64,000 nt of DNA from a virus (IMGVR_UViG_3300013121_000047:1-64000); one strand, 5' to 3'. Shown: positions 38,570 to 48,970, numbered from the stretch's first letter. The notes: generated by a model not told the origin, from the sequence alone. Program-made: numbers and translations.

Positions 38570-39118
38570 TTATTTCACCATAATATTATTAACATATAAC
38601 CATTGTTTTTCTAACGGAACACTGGTCGAATACTGTATGTTATACATATTAACAAGAGAAAAATTATTTACAGTATTTGAAATAACTTGGTTACAATATG
38701 ATGAATATCCATTATAAAATAATGTTCCAACCATAGTACCAACAGTAATATTTGATGCGGCAACTTCAACCCCTCCAGTGACATAAAGAATTTGCGAATT
38801 ATTACAATATAAACTGTAGTTTCCATACGGCGTTGAAACAACAATCGTTCTTACGTTTTCTTTTCCAATATAATTTAAGGCTACTGGATTATTAGAATCT
38901 ACTGGATTAGTAAATTGAGTTGGTTTTTCTTGCGGTAGCGGCCTTTGCGTCGGTGGCATTATAGCAGGTGAAGAATTTGCTCCCCAATACCTTGTATCGC
39001 TTTCAATAGTTGAATTATGCGAATTTATATTATATAATGGTACCGTTTGTACTGTATCAATAGGATTACTATTATACGTTGCAAACATAAGAACAGGTTG
39101 ATTTGATGTTAATGCCAT
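38570..39118 (-). CDS. Stand-alone degenerate Hint (intein-like) domain protein
   Basis: ALTSNQPVLM (block A-like), LYCNNSQ...VAASNITVG (block B-like), MYNIQY (F), WLYVNNIMVK (G); catalytic residues absent. Confidence 0.5.
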   Translation of the reverse strand: MALTSNQPVLMFATYNSNPIDTVQTVPLYNINSHNSTIESDTRYWGANSSPAIMPPTQRPLPQEKPTQFTNPVDSNNPVALNYIGKENVRTIVVSTPYGNYSLYCNNSQILYVTGGVEVAASNITVGTMVGTLFYNGYSSYCNQVISNTVNNFSLVNMYNIQYSTSVPLEKQWLYVNNIMVK

Positions 39119-39168
39119 TTATTTTCCTTGTATCTAAATATAGATACGCTGACCATATAATCATTTTT

Positions 39169-39435
39169 TTAAATTAAAATATCCAAATACTGGTCATAAA
39201 TTTTCGTACGTGAACAGATATGTGGTTTAATAAATTTTTTATCTTTTAAAATATATTTTCCTCTATATTGAACAGTAGTACTGTTGCACATGTCGTTAAA
39301 TCTACTTCTTGTATTTACACTTTCTCCAACAGATTTAGCCCAACCGTTGAAGTTTGTAAATGTGTATTCTTCACCAGATTCGATATTATAAACTGTAAAA
39401 ACAGTCTTAGGTTTCTTATTTTCGTTTTTTGCCAT
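39169..39435 (-). CDS. Small NUMOD/homing-endonuclease-type DNA-binding domain protein
   Basis: VYNIESGEEYTFTN...WAK...QYRG; TTGTTT-17-TACCAT promoter (39442-39470) 6 nt before ATG 39435. Confidence 0.45.
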   Translation of the reverse strand: MAKNENKKPKTVFTVYNIESGEEYTFTNFNGWAKSVGESVNTRSRFNDMCNSTTVQYRGKYILKDKKFIKPHICSRTKIYDQYLDILI

Positions 39436-39544
39436 GGCTCCATGGTACGGTCCCATTACCCAACAAACAACAAGCAGAAGAATTTTTGCTTTTGTCAATA
39501 TAAAAAAGTTTTTAAACGCAATAATAAAAACCTGCCCAAAACAC

Positions 39545-39584
39545 AAAAAGAAAAAGTCTCACTAGATTTCTCTAGGAGACTTTT
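39545..39584 (-). terminator. Intrinsic terminator after the major capsid gene
   Basis: AAAAGTCTCCTAG-loop-CTAGTGAGACTTTTTCTTTTT on minus strand. Confidence 0.7.
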
Positions 39585-39623
39585 ATTTACAAGACAGGTT
39601 TTAGATGGAACCTTTTAAACCAC

Positions 39624-41525
39624 TTATATGACGTTCATGTCGAGAACTGTTATTACGCTGTAGAAGGATGGATTTACCATTTTCATCCCGTTACGGGTCA
39701 TTAGACCTCTACGTGGTGTAAAGTGTTCGGTATCATAAACTGTTGGTGTGAGAACCAATGGAATATAAGGAGCGAACACGAAACCTGATTCAAGGAATCC
39801 TGATCCTTTGAGACCGATGAGGATTTTGTTACGTGGGAAGTATGGATCGCGGTAAACAGTGAAACGACCAGCGATTGTTCCAACTGATTCTGCACCGACA
39901 CTCATTTGATCTGAAACTTGGCCATTTCCGTCAACTTTGTAGTTGGCTTTGTAACCTTGTGTCGCTTCAAGAATTGTGCTTACATCTGGGCCACAAACAA
40001 TGAAGTTACCTGAGCCGCGAAGTGTTTTGCGGTGAATTTCATTTGAGCAGTCGATGATTGTTTCGATGAGTGTTTCGTACCATTCTCTAACAGTTCCAGT
40101 GAATGCTGGACCCGCTGCGAGAGAGGCAGAACGTAATACTTCAGAACCTGTTTGTTTGTTAACGAATTTACCTGGAGCTCTTGACCAGTAGTATCTCGCG
40201 GCTTTCGCTTCGAGAAGTAATTGGTTAAGAATTTCGCGGTCGATTTCGAGAGTAACCATTTCTGAAATGATGTTGGTTAATTCAGCTTCAACATCCATTG
40301 AATAAAACGCGGACAAATCCTGTGCCATCTCAGGACTCCAGCGAGCGCGAAGTTTTCTTGCTTGCGCTGTAACAGCTGTTGATTCAATTTTGATTTCAAC
40401 TTCTGGAATCGCTGGTGTTGGTGGTGTTGCGAAATCAGATTCAAATGGAGAAAGTGTAAGTGCACTTCCATCTGTGTTAACAGTAAGAGAGTCACCAATT
40501 GCAGCAGACATTGTTACTGGACCTGCTGGTACTGCACCTGTATTACTTACAGCAACAACGAAAAGTACGTGTGTACCATTCAAGTGATCTGGTGTAAATG
40601 TTGAGGTAAGGTAGTTCCAGTTACCGCGTTGGTTAAGTTTACGGAGGTTTTTAACTGATTGGCCACCTTGGTAGGTAGAATCCCAGTTGGCAACGCCGTT
40701 AGCTGTTGTGAAACCAACGATAGCAAGTTGATCTACCGCACGAAGGTCAGCTCCTGGAATCTTTGTGAGAACTTCAGAAGATGAAACGAAGGCAAAGCAG
40801 TAGTCAAGGGCCGCGTTTTCAACATCTGTTGAGATTTTAGAATCATAGTCGATCCAACGAGCATTTAATCCAGTAACTTCCGCCGCTGTTGCAACTGTAT
40901 CTGCTGCTGTCCAAGAAGTACCTGATGCACCGAATGCACCGATGTCTGGAACAACTACAGTTGTTGCTGACTTGTGAACTTTTGAGAAACCAGTGTTTAC
41001 GTTATCATACATACCACCCGCCGCGTTTGTTCCGCTACGAATATCGGCACCTGATGGTGAACCGAAAAGTGATTGTCCTTTTTTGTATGTAGAGGCTGTG
41101 GCCGCATCACTTAAGCTTAAACCAGCTGTTCCACCAACGTTAGAACCATATGAGTAATCCATGTAGAAGATAAGTCCTGATGGAAGGCTCATTGGTTGAA
41201 CTGAAACTAATTCATTGGAAATTAATCCAGCGAAAAGTCTACGAACGATTGGGAACGCGATGGAAATAAAACCAGCAACCTGACCACTAGAAGCGAGTCC
41301 TGCTCCGCCTAATGAAAGCGCATTCGCTTCCATAAGAACTTGTGGGTTACGGATCATTTCAGCCGCTTGGTTTTCGAGCAAGCGCGCCATTTTTTGTTTC
41401 GCACCTTTGCTATTAAAACCGTCGAGTAAACCGTAATTGGCCCACTTATCGACTAAACGATCGTCCATTCCACGATTTGGATTAAGTTCTAAACCTTCTG
41501 ATAATTGTTGTAATGTAAAAGACAT
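39624..41525 (-). CDS. Major capsid protein (T4 gp23 family)
   Basis: ARLLENQ, VSVQPMSLPSGLIFY, ARKLRARWS.E.AQDL, EIDREI, YRDPY, FAPYIPL. Confidence 0.96.
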   Translation of the reverse strand: MSFTLQQLSEGLELNPNRGMDDRLVDKWANYGLLDGFNSKGAKQKMARLLENQAAEMIRNPQVLMEANALSLGGAGLASSGQVAGFISIAFPIVRRLFAGLISNELVSVQPMSLPSGLIFYMDYSYGSNVGGTAGLSLSDAATASTYKKGQSLFGSPSGADIRSGTNAAGGMYDNVNTGFSKVHKSATTVVVPDIGAFGASGTSWTAADTVATAAEVTGLNARWIDYDSKISTDVENAALDYCFAFVSSSEVLTKIPGADLRAVDQLAIVGFTTANGVANWDSTYQGGQSVKNLRKLNQRGNWNYLTSTFTPDHLNGTHVLFVVAVSNTGAVPAGPVTMSAAIGDSLTVNTDGSALTLSPFESDFATPPTPAIPEVEIKIESTAVTAQARKLRARWSPEMAQDLSAFYSMDVEAELTNIISEMVTLEIDREILNQLLLEAKAARYYWSRAPGKFVNKQTGSEVLRSASLAAGPAFTGTVREWYETLIETIIDCSNEIHRKTLRGSGNFIVCGPDVSTILEATQGYKANYKVDGNGQVSDQMSVGAESVGTIAGRFTVYRDPYFPRNKILIGLKGSGFLESGFVFAPYIPLVLTPTVYDTEHFTPRRGLMTRNGMKMVNPSFYSVITVLDMNVI

Positions 41526-41571
41526 AATTTATATTTTTCTCCGAGTATCTATATTACTATTTAGTGTCCAA

Positions 41572-43524
41572 TTAGCCATTTTTCTTGTTAGCTACTAATT
41601 CTCTAAATCTGTCTGCTGAACCGATCACAATTTTATCAGCCGCTGTTCCAGGTTTAACTGGTTTGCGAGAGACTGATTCATTAAGAGAATCAGTTTTTTT
41701 CTCTGTTTTTTTAGCAGCTTCTGCTTTCGCTTCGCTTAATTGTTTTTTAATTCTACCATAAATACGTTTTGCATCTTCAGGATTTTTTGCTCTATCAATA
41801 TATTCAACAACTAATTCTTTTTGTTTCTTTGATAGTCCGTCATAGTTTGCGAAAACTCTATTTATGTATAAAGAACGTGCCGCAACAGTTTCTAACTCTT
41901 TGGCATATTCTTTGAGAGATTTGACTTGTTTTGATTCTTGAAGACTTGATGGGGTTTCTTCTGGTGTTTTGGTTTCATCCATATCCCAATCTTCATCCAT
42001 CGATTCATCTTCGTCCATAACAATTTCAAACATATCTTCTTCATTGAGATCTTCATCACCTGAAGAAAGAGTCATGTCATCTTCGTCTCCGTCAGAATCT
42101 ACAAGATCAACTTTTGATCCCATATCTGAATCGGCTCCGTCAACTTTTCCATCTGTTGTAATTGTTATTGTAGTTTGTCCGCTAGAACCTTCCATACCAC
42201 CGCATTCGTCCATTTCTTTTTGGGCAGCGGCAAGTTGTTCCTTAAGTTTTTTAACTTTTTTGAAAGCTTCAACTTTTTTAGCTTTTTTCGCGGCTTTGTC
42301 ATCTTTTTTGGAAACTTTTTTACTTTCCATCACTGAACTTTCGCCAGCGCCAAGCATTTCATCCATTTCTTTTTCAAGAGCAGCAATTTCTTCATCGAGA
42401 CTTGAATCAGAATCTGAAGATTCTACTTCTTCTGTAGCGTCTTCTTTCAAAAGTGATTCGTCTTCTTTCGCCTTGTGTTTAAAAGGAGCTTGTTTACCTC
42501 TTTCGGGGTCTTCTAATTTTGGTTTCGAAGCAGCAGCCGCACCTTTTCCTGCTTTATCAGCAGCTTTATCTAATGCGTCGAGCGGTTCAGAAACTTTTTC
42601 TACCGTGCCATCATCTCCGAATCCTGTTTCTAAAGATTCGAGAAGGCCATTTAAAAATGATCTTGTTTTTGGATGAACTTTCATTATGTGATTTCCTTCA
42701 GTAATTTTTTGAGTTCTGTGATAACTATTGTACAATTTTTCAGAATTCTGAATTAACTTATAAAGATTTTCCATTTTTAATGATAAAACATCAAAAGATG
42801 TCTCTCTAATCTCTTTTAAATCTTTCATGTTTTCTAATTCAGAATAAGTTTCAAGCAACTTATAAGAAAAGTCAGAAACTTCTTTTAATCCAATTTTTTT
42901 AGAAATAAACATATTGGCATATTCATTTTCCAATACACCAATTTTGTCTCTGGCTTCTTGAAGTTTTTCTGGATTAAATTTTTCAGCAGGTTGAGTTTCA
43001 GGAACAGTTTCTGTTGGTGCTGGTTGTTCAACAGGAGTAACTCCTACTTTTTCCTCTGGTTGCGCAGGAGGGATTTCCGCAGATCCAACTTCAGGTGTTT
43101 CTAATGGTGGCGTACTTTCTGGTGCTTGAACTGGTGTTTGTGTTGGTTGTGGTAATCCACTTGGACTTGAAAAAAGTGATTCAAACGAAACAATTACTTT
43201 TCCGTCAGCGTCTGGTATTGGCATCGTTGCATTTCCGCCAACTGGTGTTATTGGAGCACTGAAACTAGTATCAACTGGTTCTGCTGATTTTTCAGCAGGT
43301 ATTTCAGATTTCTCTGCTGAATCTGTTGGTGGTTGCTCTTGCGAAGCCCCCAAATCTAGTGACTCAGGTTCATCTTGTTCAAATAGAAAACCTTCAATTT
43401 CTTGCTCAACCATTTTTTCAATATATGGTTTGTATTTTTTTAATACATCTGTTTCGACTTCTTGTCTTAAAACCTCTTTTAGTTTTTTACTGTCCGCAAT
43501 AGCTTGTTCGTAAAGTTTTGACAT
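41572..43524 (-). CDS. Prohead scaffold/core protein (gp22-like)
   Basis: Acidic low-complexity coiled-coil protein immediately upstream of MCP; many L-x-E sites. Confidence 0.7.
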   Translation of the reverse strand: MSKLYEQAIADSKKLKEVLRQEVETDVLKKYKPYIEKMVEQEIEGFLFEQDEPESLDLGASQEQPPTDSAEKSEIPAEKSAEPVDTSFSAPITPVGGNATMPIPDADGKVIVSFESLFSSPSGLPQPTQTPVQAPESTPPLETPEVGSAEIPPAQPEEKVGVTPVEQPAPTETVPETQPAEKFNPEKLQEARDKIGVLENEYANMFISKKIGLKEVSDFSYKLLETYSELENMKDLKEIRETSFDVLSLKMENLYKLIQNSEKLYNSYHRTQKITEGNHIMKVHPKTRSFLNGLLESLETGFGDDGTVEKVSEPLDALDKAADKAGKGAAAASKPKLEDPERGKQAPFKHKAKEDESLLKEDATEEVESSDSDSSLDEEIAALEKEMDEMLGAGESSVMESKKVSKKDDKAAKKAKKVEAFKKVKKLKEQLAAAQKEMDECGGMEGSSGQTTITITTDGKVDGADSDMGSKVDLVDSDGDEDDMTLSSGDEDLNEEDMFEIVMDEDESMDEDWDMDETKTPEETPSSLQESKQVKSLKEYAKELETVAARSLYINRVFANYDGLSKKQKELVVEYIDRAKNPEDAKRIYGRIKKQLSEAKAEAAKKTEKKTDSLNESVSRKPVKPGTAADKIVIGSADRFRELVANKKNG

Positions 43525-43573
43525 TTAAATTCCCTTCTAACTACTTTATAATTTTTAATTATTCTTTGAAATT

Positions 43574-43605
43574 AAAAAGCTCATACAGATATAACCATAT
43601 GAGCT
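43574..43605 (-). terminator. Intrinsic terminator
   Basis: AGCTCATA...TATGAGCT stem followed by TTTT on minus strand. Confidence 0.55.
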
Positions 43606-43634
43606 CTTAATTTTGAGAGTTTAAAATAAGAAAA

Positions 43635-44141
43635 TTATTCGTCTCTATTAATGAATGTGTTTCCAGAACCATTTCCTGGCCCATTTGTTTCACCTGGAGG
43701 TGGCGCAACATATTTTGCGACGTGTGGAGATACTAATCCATTTCCAATGAAAGCACCGCGACTTCTAGATTTTATTCTAATTGTTGCTTCTCTTCCTGCC
43801 TCTGGAGTTGTTCTAGGATCAAATGGAACAACTGGGTTTGCTATGTTTGGGGCAAATGGTGTTGCTGGCTTGCCAGCTCCACCAACTTCAACTTCGTCAA
43901 AGTTAGGTGTTCCACTGTATTTTCTATCAACTAATCCAAACATATATCCACCATCGTTGATAAAGTCTCCTTCTAATTCAGGTGGAGCATAAAAAGAATT
44001 TTTAATTGCTTCATCTGTTAATTCTCCATTATATAGTGGAGAAGCTGCAAAAACAATTTTTGCAGCTGTTGTATCGGCTGCACCAGCTCCAAAGGTTGTT
44101 GCTGGTACTTCTCCCAAATATCCTGGTTTAATTCTTGGCAT
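43635..44141 (-). CDS. Pro/Gly-rich putative virion protein
   Basis: In head gene cluster, AGGA RBS, TAGTTA upstream. Confidence 0.5.
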   Translation of the reverse strand: MPRIKPGYLGEVPATTFGAGAADTTAAKIVFAASPLYNGELTDEAIKNSFYAPPELEGDFINDGGYMFGLVDRKYSGTPNFDEVEVGGAGKPATPFAPNIANPVVPFDPRTTPEAGREATIRIKSRSRGAFIGNGLVSPHVAKYVAPPPGETNGPGNGSGNTFINRDE

Positions 44142-44157
44142 TTTTTATTTCCTAATA

Positions 44158-44709
44158 TTAACTATTATCTAATGTGTTTTTTAATGGATGTTTAAATGCT
44201 ATTTTTGCAAGAGGGTGCATTTGCTGTTGTGGAGCTTGAGTTTGTTGAGGAATTCCAGTTCCATATGGAATATATCCTTGTGGTGGAGCTTGAACTGGGT
44301 AACTCATTTCGTTTCCTGTGTATCCAATTTGTTGATTTCCATTGTTTGCTACTGCGGTAAAAGCAGGATGCCCTGTTCCTTGGCCAAAAAATGGTTGTCT
44401 TTGGTTCATTTCCATGCTCATCTGTTGAGGATTTGTTACTTTGGCGGTATCAGCAAAAATAGCCTCTAAAACATTTTTCTTTGCTGGGTCGTTCCCCGCT
44501 ACAGCACTCGCTAAAGTAGAAATATGGTTTGTTACATTTGGGTCTAATCCATATTTTCCTTGTGCTTGATTTTGCACAGTTCCAGGAATTGCACCAGCAT
44601 TAAACACACTAGCAAGTTCACCATTCGCAACCATCTCCTTAATCAACTCTTTTATCATGTTTTTCAATTCAGCACGGCGCAGTATCACTTTATTTTCTTT
44701 TATATCCAT
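44158..44709 (-). CDS. Gln/Pro-rich putative head-associated protein
   Basis: ELKNMIKELIKE N-terminus; follows protease gene. Confidence 0.5.
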   Translation of the reverse strand: MDIKENKVILRRAELKNMIKELIKEMVANGELASVFNAGAIPGTVQNQAQGKYGLDPNVTNHISTLASAVAGNDPAKKNVLEAIFADTAKVTNPQQMSMEMNQRQPFFGQGTGHPAFTAVANNGNQQIGYTGNEMSYPVQAPPQGYIPYGTGIPQQTQAPQQQMHPLAKIAFKHPLKNTLDNS

Positions 44710-44710
44710 C

Positions 44711-45430
44711 TTATTCTTCCTTTTTGTTAATCTTTTTTGCCATCTCTAAAAGAGTATTGTAATGAGAATTTTTAATTTTTTTATTTTCGTTCATTGAAAT
44801 TTGAAAATCTTTTGATTTTAAATTTTTAGATTTTTGCGTTGGTGTATTAATCTTATCTTCCATAAAAGCTTTTGGTGTAGAAGGTTCTGTAACAATATCC
44901 CAACAAATGATATGTAAATCATTCCCTACAACATCAGCGACGATTCCTTCTGGAAGTGTTTGTCGATTTACTGATCCCATCGCTCTAGAAGAAATCCCAA
45001 TTTTTCCTCCTGTTTTTAGCGCACCTCGTATTTTTTTATCTTCTTCTGTTCCAGGGAAAATAACAATTTCACCATAAACAATATCTTCTTCGAGCCAAAT
45101 TTTTCTAAACCTAAATGCAGCGTGCTTGAATTCGACAACTTCACTATCTTTATGATCTAATTCACCGTAAGCCATTCCAGTTTCAACTTTAGTTTTTATA
45201 TAGTGTTCAAGTTGAGGAACCAAAACATTTCTTGGATATACCCTTCCATTTTGATTTAAAGTATTACAACGTTGAATAATTCCAGATAAAACTAAAGCTT
45301 CGTTATATGAATCTAAATTGGATGCATCCAAACTTTCGTTTAGGGAAGTTTTTGCATTTTTTAAATCAAAAACAAAATTTTCTTTTAAAAGAATTTTCTT
45401 GATTTTTTTTTGAGTATTTTCTTTTTTCAT
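44711..45430 (-). CDS. Prohead maturation protease (gp21 family)
   Basis: NQNGRVYP, GELDH, GISSRAMGSV, WDIVTEPST. Confidence 0.93.
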   Translation of the reverse strand: MKKENTQKKIKKILLKENFVFDLKNAKTSLNESLDASNLDSYNEALVLSGIIQRCNTLNQNGRVYPRNVLVPQLEHYIKTKVETGMAYGELDHKDSEVVEFKHAAFRFRKIWLEEDIVYGEIVIFPGTEEDKKIRGALKTGGKIGISSRAMGSVNRQTLPEGIVADVVGNDLHIICWDIVTEPSTPKAFMEDKINTPTQKSKNLKSKDFQISMNENKKIKNSHYNTLLEMAKKINKKEE

Positions 45431-46266
45431 TCTTTAACCTCGCCGCGATCTGCTCTTAAAATATCCAATACTCCTATGAAAAATGTGCAATGACTATCAC
45501 AAGGAACAGGATCTAATGACTTTATTTCTTCTAAAAGTTCTTTATAATTTTTCTTATTTCCTATTTCTAAAATAACTTTTTCTTTAACGTTTATCAAAAG
45601 CTTAGAAAGATTTTCTTTGTCATCTATGATAAAGGCATTTAAAATATTTTTCTGATCTTCATTTAGAAATTTAGAATATTTTTCTTCAAACTTTTGGTGC
45701 ATAATTTTAGCTATAAGCTTACTATCTTTTTTAATATCTTCCTGTAAGTTAATAGGTTTTAAAACTACATTATTTTTAGATGGTGATGTTAAAAACGAAA
45801 TTAAGTTATCTTCAAGAAAAAGTGTATTAAACTTTGTTTCACTTAAAGTACCATGCCAACTGTTTAACAGTGTTTGTATCGTTGCAATTTCTTTATAGTT
45901 CTCAATATACTGATTAAAAAATAACCCGTCTTTATTTATTTGTTTGTTTATTTCATGTATAAGATTGGTTTTTTCATTTTCAAGTTTTGAGCTATTAAGT
46001 TTTTGAGTTTCTTTTTTTATCTCATCAACAAAACGTAAAGCTATTTCTTTCGAAACAAAAGAAGAGTTTAGTATTTTTTTAAATAAAAAAAGTTCTTTTT
46101 TTATTTCACTTTGTTGATTAAAATTTTCTTTAATTATTTTTTTTATTAAAGAAATTTCATTAACATTATTGTTGATTGTTGCCTTTGTTAGTTTTTGAAC
46201 TAAAAAGTCATAGACTAGTCCAACATTTCTTTTTTTGTTGTGTGGTACTTTAGTGTCTAAATTCAT
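45427..46266 (-). CDS. Putative prohead core protein
   Basis: Between portal and protease; helical; L-x-E sites. Confidence 0.45.
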   Translation of the reverse strand: MNLDTKVPHNKKRNVGLVYDFLVQKLTKATINNNVNEISLIKKIIKENFNQQSEIKKELFLFKKILNSSFVSKEIALRFVDEIKKETQKLNSSKLENEKTNLIHEINKQINKDGLFFNQYIENYKEIATIQTLLNSWHGTLSETKFNTLFLEDNLISFLTSPSKNNVVLKPINLQEDIKKDSKLIAKIMHQKFEEKYSKFLNEDQKNILNAFIIDDKENLSKLLINVKEKVILEIGNKKNYKELLEEIKSLDPVPCDSHCTFFIGVLDILRADRGEVKE

Positions 46267-46326
46267 TTTTAACCTTATATCGATATTTAACTATTAGATT
46301 GGTAATCGTTTTTAAAAGTAATATAC

Positions 46327-48405
46327 TTATCCTTCTTCATTTGTTGTAATATTTTTACTTATTAGTCCATAAAATGGTTTAAAGTCACTTTTTTCTTTTT
46401 CAATCTCAATCTCAATTTCCGATTCCTCAACTTCTTGTTTTTGTTTTGATTCTAAAAGAAATTTTTTGTAGTTTTTTAATGAAGAAACAACTTCTTTGTA
46501 AATGCCACTATTTGGAATTTTATTTTGAGCACTGTCTTTAAAACTTTCTTTAATAAGAGAAGTATAATGTTCATCTACTTCCTTCAATGTTTCAAAATTT
46601 GTTTTCTGTGATGTTATCATATTCATTCCAAAATAAGGATTTATAATTTGTTTATTAAAATTTGATGTTTTAATAAGTGATGGAAATAATTTCGACGGAA
46701 CTGAGTAGTTTGGATTTACAGGCATTTTCTCATTTGGTAAATTTACTTTTACAACCTCAGATTCTTCTACATCAATTTGAGGAACACGATTTAAATCTGT
46801 TGCTAAAGTTTCCTGATTTTGTATTTCTGCTGGTGGAGTTTGCATTAAACGACCATTTCCTCCTGGGACATCATAATTCGATGGATCAAATTGATCAGGT
46901 TCTTGTCCAGGTTGTGTTTGAATTGGTTGTAGTGCTTCGAAAGTTTTATTTCTAATAGTATCTTGTTCTCTACCTAAACGTATCCTTATAATATCTGCAT
47001 CATTAAATCCAAAAATTTCTTTTTGAATGACCTCTTCATCTACATGTGGTAAATCTTTTGCTTTTCCTGCAATGTCAAGTTTCTTTTCCCAAAGTTCAAG
47101 TTTCTGTAGAACTGCTGCCGTGCTAGGATTTGTTAGTTTTAAGTTGAAATTGACTAGATCTTCGCCGTCGAAACCCTTGGCGTAAAGGTGTATAGTTGCC
47201 ATTCGTTTCAATTCCGCGATTATTATTCGTTGAATTACAGAGACAGTTTTTGAAAACCTTATATCTTGTGCAGATAAGTTATTTTTACCTACAGCTTCAT
47301 CGTATCCTAAAAAGGCGCGTGGCATTTTCAGTGCTGCCGTTAGTTGTTTGTGAACGAAAGCAATATCATCGACTGCCGTTTGATGTGTAGCCCCTTCCAA
47401 AGTTTCAACTTTTGTTAAAGAGTCTCTTCTAATCGGAATAAAATAATTTTCTAACATGGAAGAAGGATTCCATCTATAATCTTGTCTTCCGTCATTATTA
47501 GAAACAATACTTTTTGCGTTAAAAGATTCTTCCACTTTTTTCATAAATGGATCTACAGCATTTGGATTTATCCCAGTAATGTCAATAAAAAATAATCTCC
47601 TAGCTGGGGATCTTACAATTCTATATGTTAACATCGCATCAATTAACATCATAAGAACTCGATACGGTCTTCTTGCGCCATCCAACCAACTTGTTCCATG
47701 TGGTCTATACGCATCATTTGCAAGTAATCGAAAATTTGCAACTTGAAAATTTTCTAAGTATGATGAATTCTGAGAAGAAGGATTTTGAATATTTGGGGTA
47801 GTAATTTTATACCTAACTGCATGTGGATCATTTTTATCAAATTTCTCTTGACGCTCACAATCTGGTGCTGGAATTTGCTCTATGTTTATAATTCCTTCTC
47901 TTTCTCTAACATCCAAAAACAAGAAGAAATCTCCGAATTTTAACATACTTCTGACCCAATATCTTAAGTCAGAATTTAATTTACAAACATCGAAAAATAA
48001 TTCTTCTAAACTTTTTCTAATTTCAATTGAATCTGTTTCTATGTGTAACATTTGATCATTTTGATCAACGGCACAAATTTCATCGGCCAAACCATCAAGA
48101 GCTGTACCACACTCAGATGATTGAGCATCCATGTCAATATATTCTCTATAACGATAAATTCTATCATAAACCCCAAAGTAACCCATACCAACAAATCCAG
48201 AATAACTGTGGCGATATGCATTATAACTTGGATAACCTATATTTCCGTGCAAAGCAAGTTCTTGTGGTGTTGCTAAATTTGTATAATCCAATCCTTTTAT
48301 CTTTCGATTAATATTAACACCAGAACGAAAAAGATTTGTTACTCTTTTGTAAAAATCTAAAGTTCTTTTTATTGCATCGTCGTTATTTTCTTTTGAATCT
48401 GACAT
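46327..48405 (-). CDS. Portal protein (gp20 family)
   Basis: YRIVRSPARRLFFID, MLENYFIP.R, VETLEG, ALKMPRAFL, QDIRFSK. Confidence 0.93.
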   Translation of the reverse strand: MSDSKENNDDAIKRTLDFYKRVTNLFRSGVNINRKIKGLDYTNLATPQELALHGNIGYPSYNAYRHSYSGFVGMGYFGVYDRIYRYREYIDMDAQSSECGTALDGLADEICAVDQNDQMLHIETDSIEIRKSLEELFFDVCKLNSDLRYWVRSMLKFGDFFLFLDVREREGIINIEQIPAPDCERQEKFDKNDPHAVRYKITTPNIQNPSSQNSSYLENFQVANFRLLANDAYRPHGTSWLDGARRPYRVLMMLIDAMLTYRIVRSPARRLFFIDITGINPNAVDPFMKKVEESFNAKSIVSNNDGRQDYRWNPSSMLENYFIPIRRDSLTKVETLEGATHQTAVDDIAFVHKQLTAALKMPRAFLGYDEAVGKNNLSAQDIRFSKTVSVIQRIIIAELKRMATIHLYAKGFDGEDLVNFNLKLTNPSTAAVLQKLELWEKKLDIAGKAKDLPHVDEEVIQKEIFGFNDADIIRIRLGREQDTIRNKTFEALQPIQTQPGQEPDQFDPSNYDVPGGNGRLMQTPPAEIQNQETLATDLNRVPQIDVEESEVVKVNLPNEKMPVNPNYSVPSKLFPSLIKTSNFNKQIINPYFGMNMITSQKTNFETLKEVDEHYTSLIKESFKDSAQNKIPNSGIYKEVVSSLKNYKKFLLESKQKQEVEESEIEIEIEKEKSDFKPFYGLISKNITTNEEG

Positions 48406-48439
48406 TTTATCTTAATAAATATTTAATATTAAACAAAAA

Positions 48440-48970
48440 ATGTTAAATTGTACCAGTTTGTTAACCTTGGAGCCGAAATATTGTGATGATGAAATTCAAA
48501 TAGAAATTAAAAAGGCTATACAGGTTTGTAATCTTTTTGTAGAGGAAAAAAATCAAAACTGGCTTCATTTTCGTTGGGTAATTTGGGAAGAAATTTGTAG
48601 ACTTATGCCAATAAAAACAAAACAGCCCATTTGGCCATTTGGTAAATTAGTTTACTACAATAAACGTTTTATTTTTGGTGACTTAGATATTTGGTTAGCC
48701 CATTATTGGAATAAATTAAATGGCGGTATTCTATGGATAGAAAACTCATATTTAAAAGAATACAAATATAAGCCAAAAAAAATACCAAAGATGTCGAAAA
48801 TAAAAAAAACAAAACAGAAAAAGACATTTTCTACATTTAATAATTTTTTACATTCAAAAGACTATACTGCAGCCAAATATTTATATTTGTTAAAAGAAGA
48901 AAAAAAATATGCAAAAGAAAAATCTAAGAAATCCAAAAAAAGAAAATCTAAAAATGATAAAATTATATAA
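48440..48970 (+). CDS. Hypothetical protein with basic C-terminus
   Basis: 176-aa ORF. Confidence 0.45.
   Translation: MLNCTSLLTLEPKYCDDEIQIEIKKAIQVCNLFVEEKNQNWLHFRWVIWEEICRLMPIKTKQPIWPFGKLVYYNKRFIFGDLDIWLAHYWNKLNGGILWIENSYLKEYKYKPKKIPKMSKIKKTKQKKTFSTFNNFLHSKDYTAAKYLYLLKEEKKYAKEKSKKSKKRKSKNDKII

Noticed and set aside
38441-39118. MALTSN (18 of 19 nt identical) shared by the post-IFE kinase sequence and the start of the adjacent Hint-like gene
   Set aside because: Too short to separate from chance or a local recombination scar; no further similarity
39169-39546. Hydrophobic N-terminal extension of this ORF as a signal peptide
   Set aside because: The extension overlaps the promoter region and abuts the terminator; the real start is probably ATG 39435
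41969-42676. 235-aa Ser-rich ORF on the + strand
   Set aside because: Antisense shadow of the Glu/Asp-rich scaffold gene
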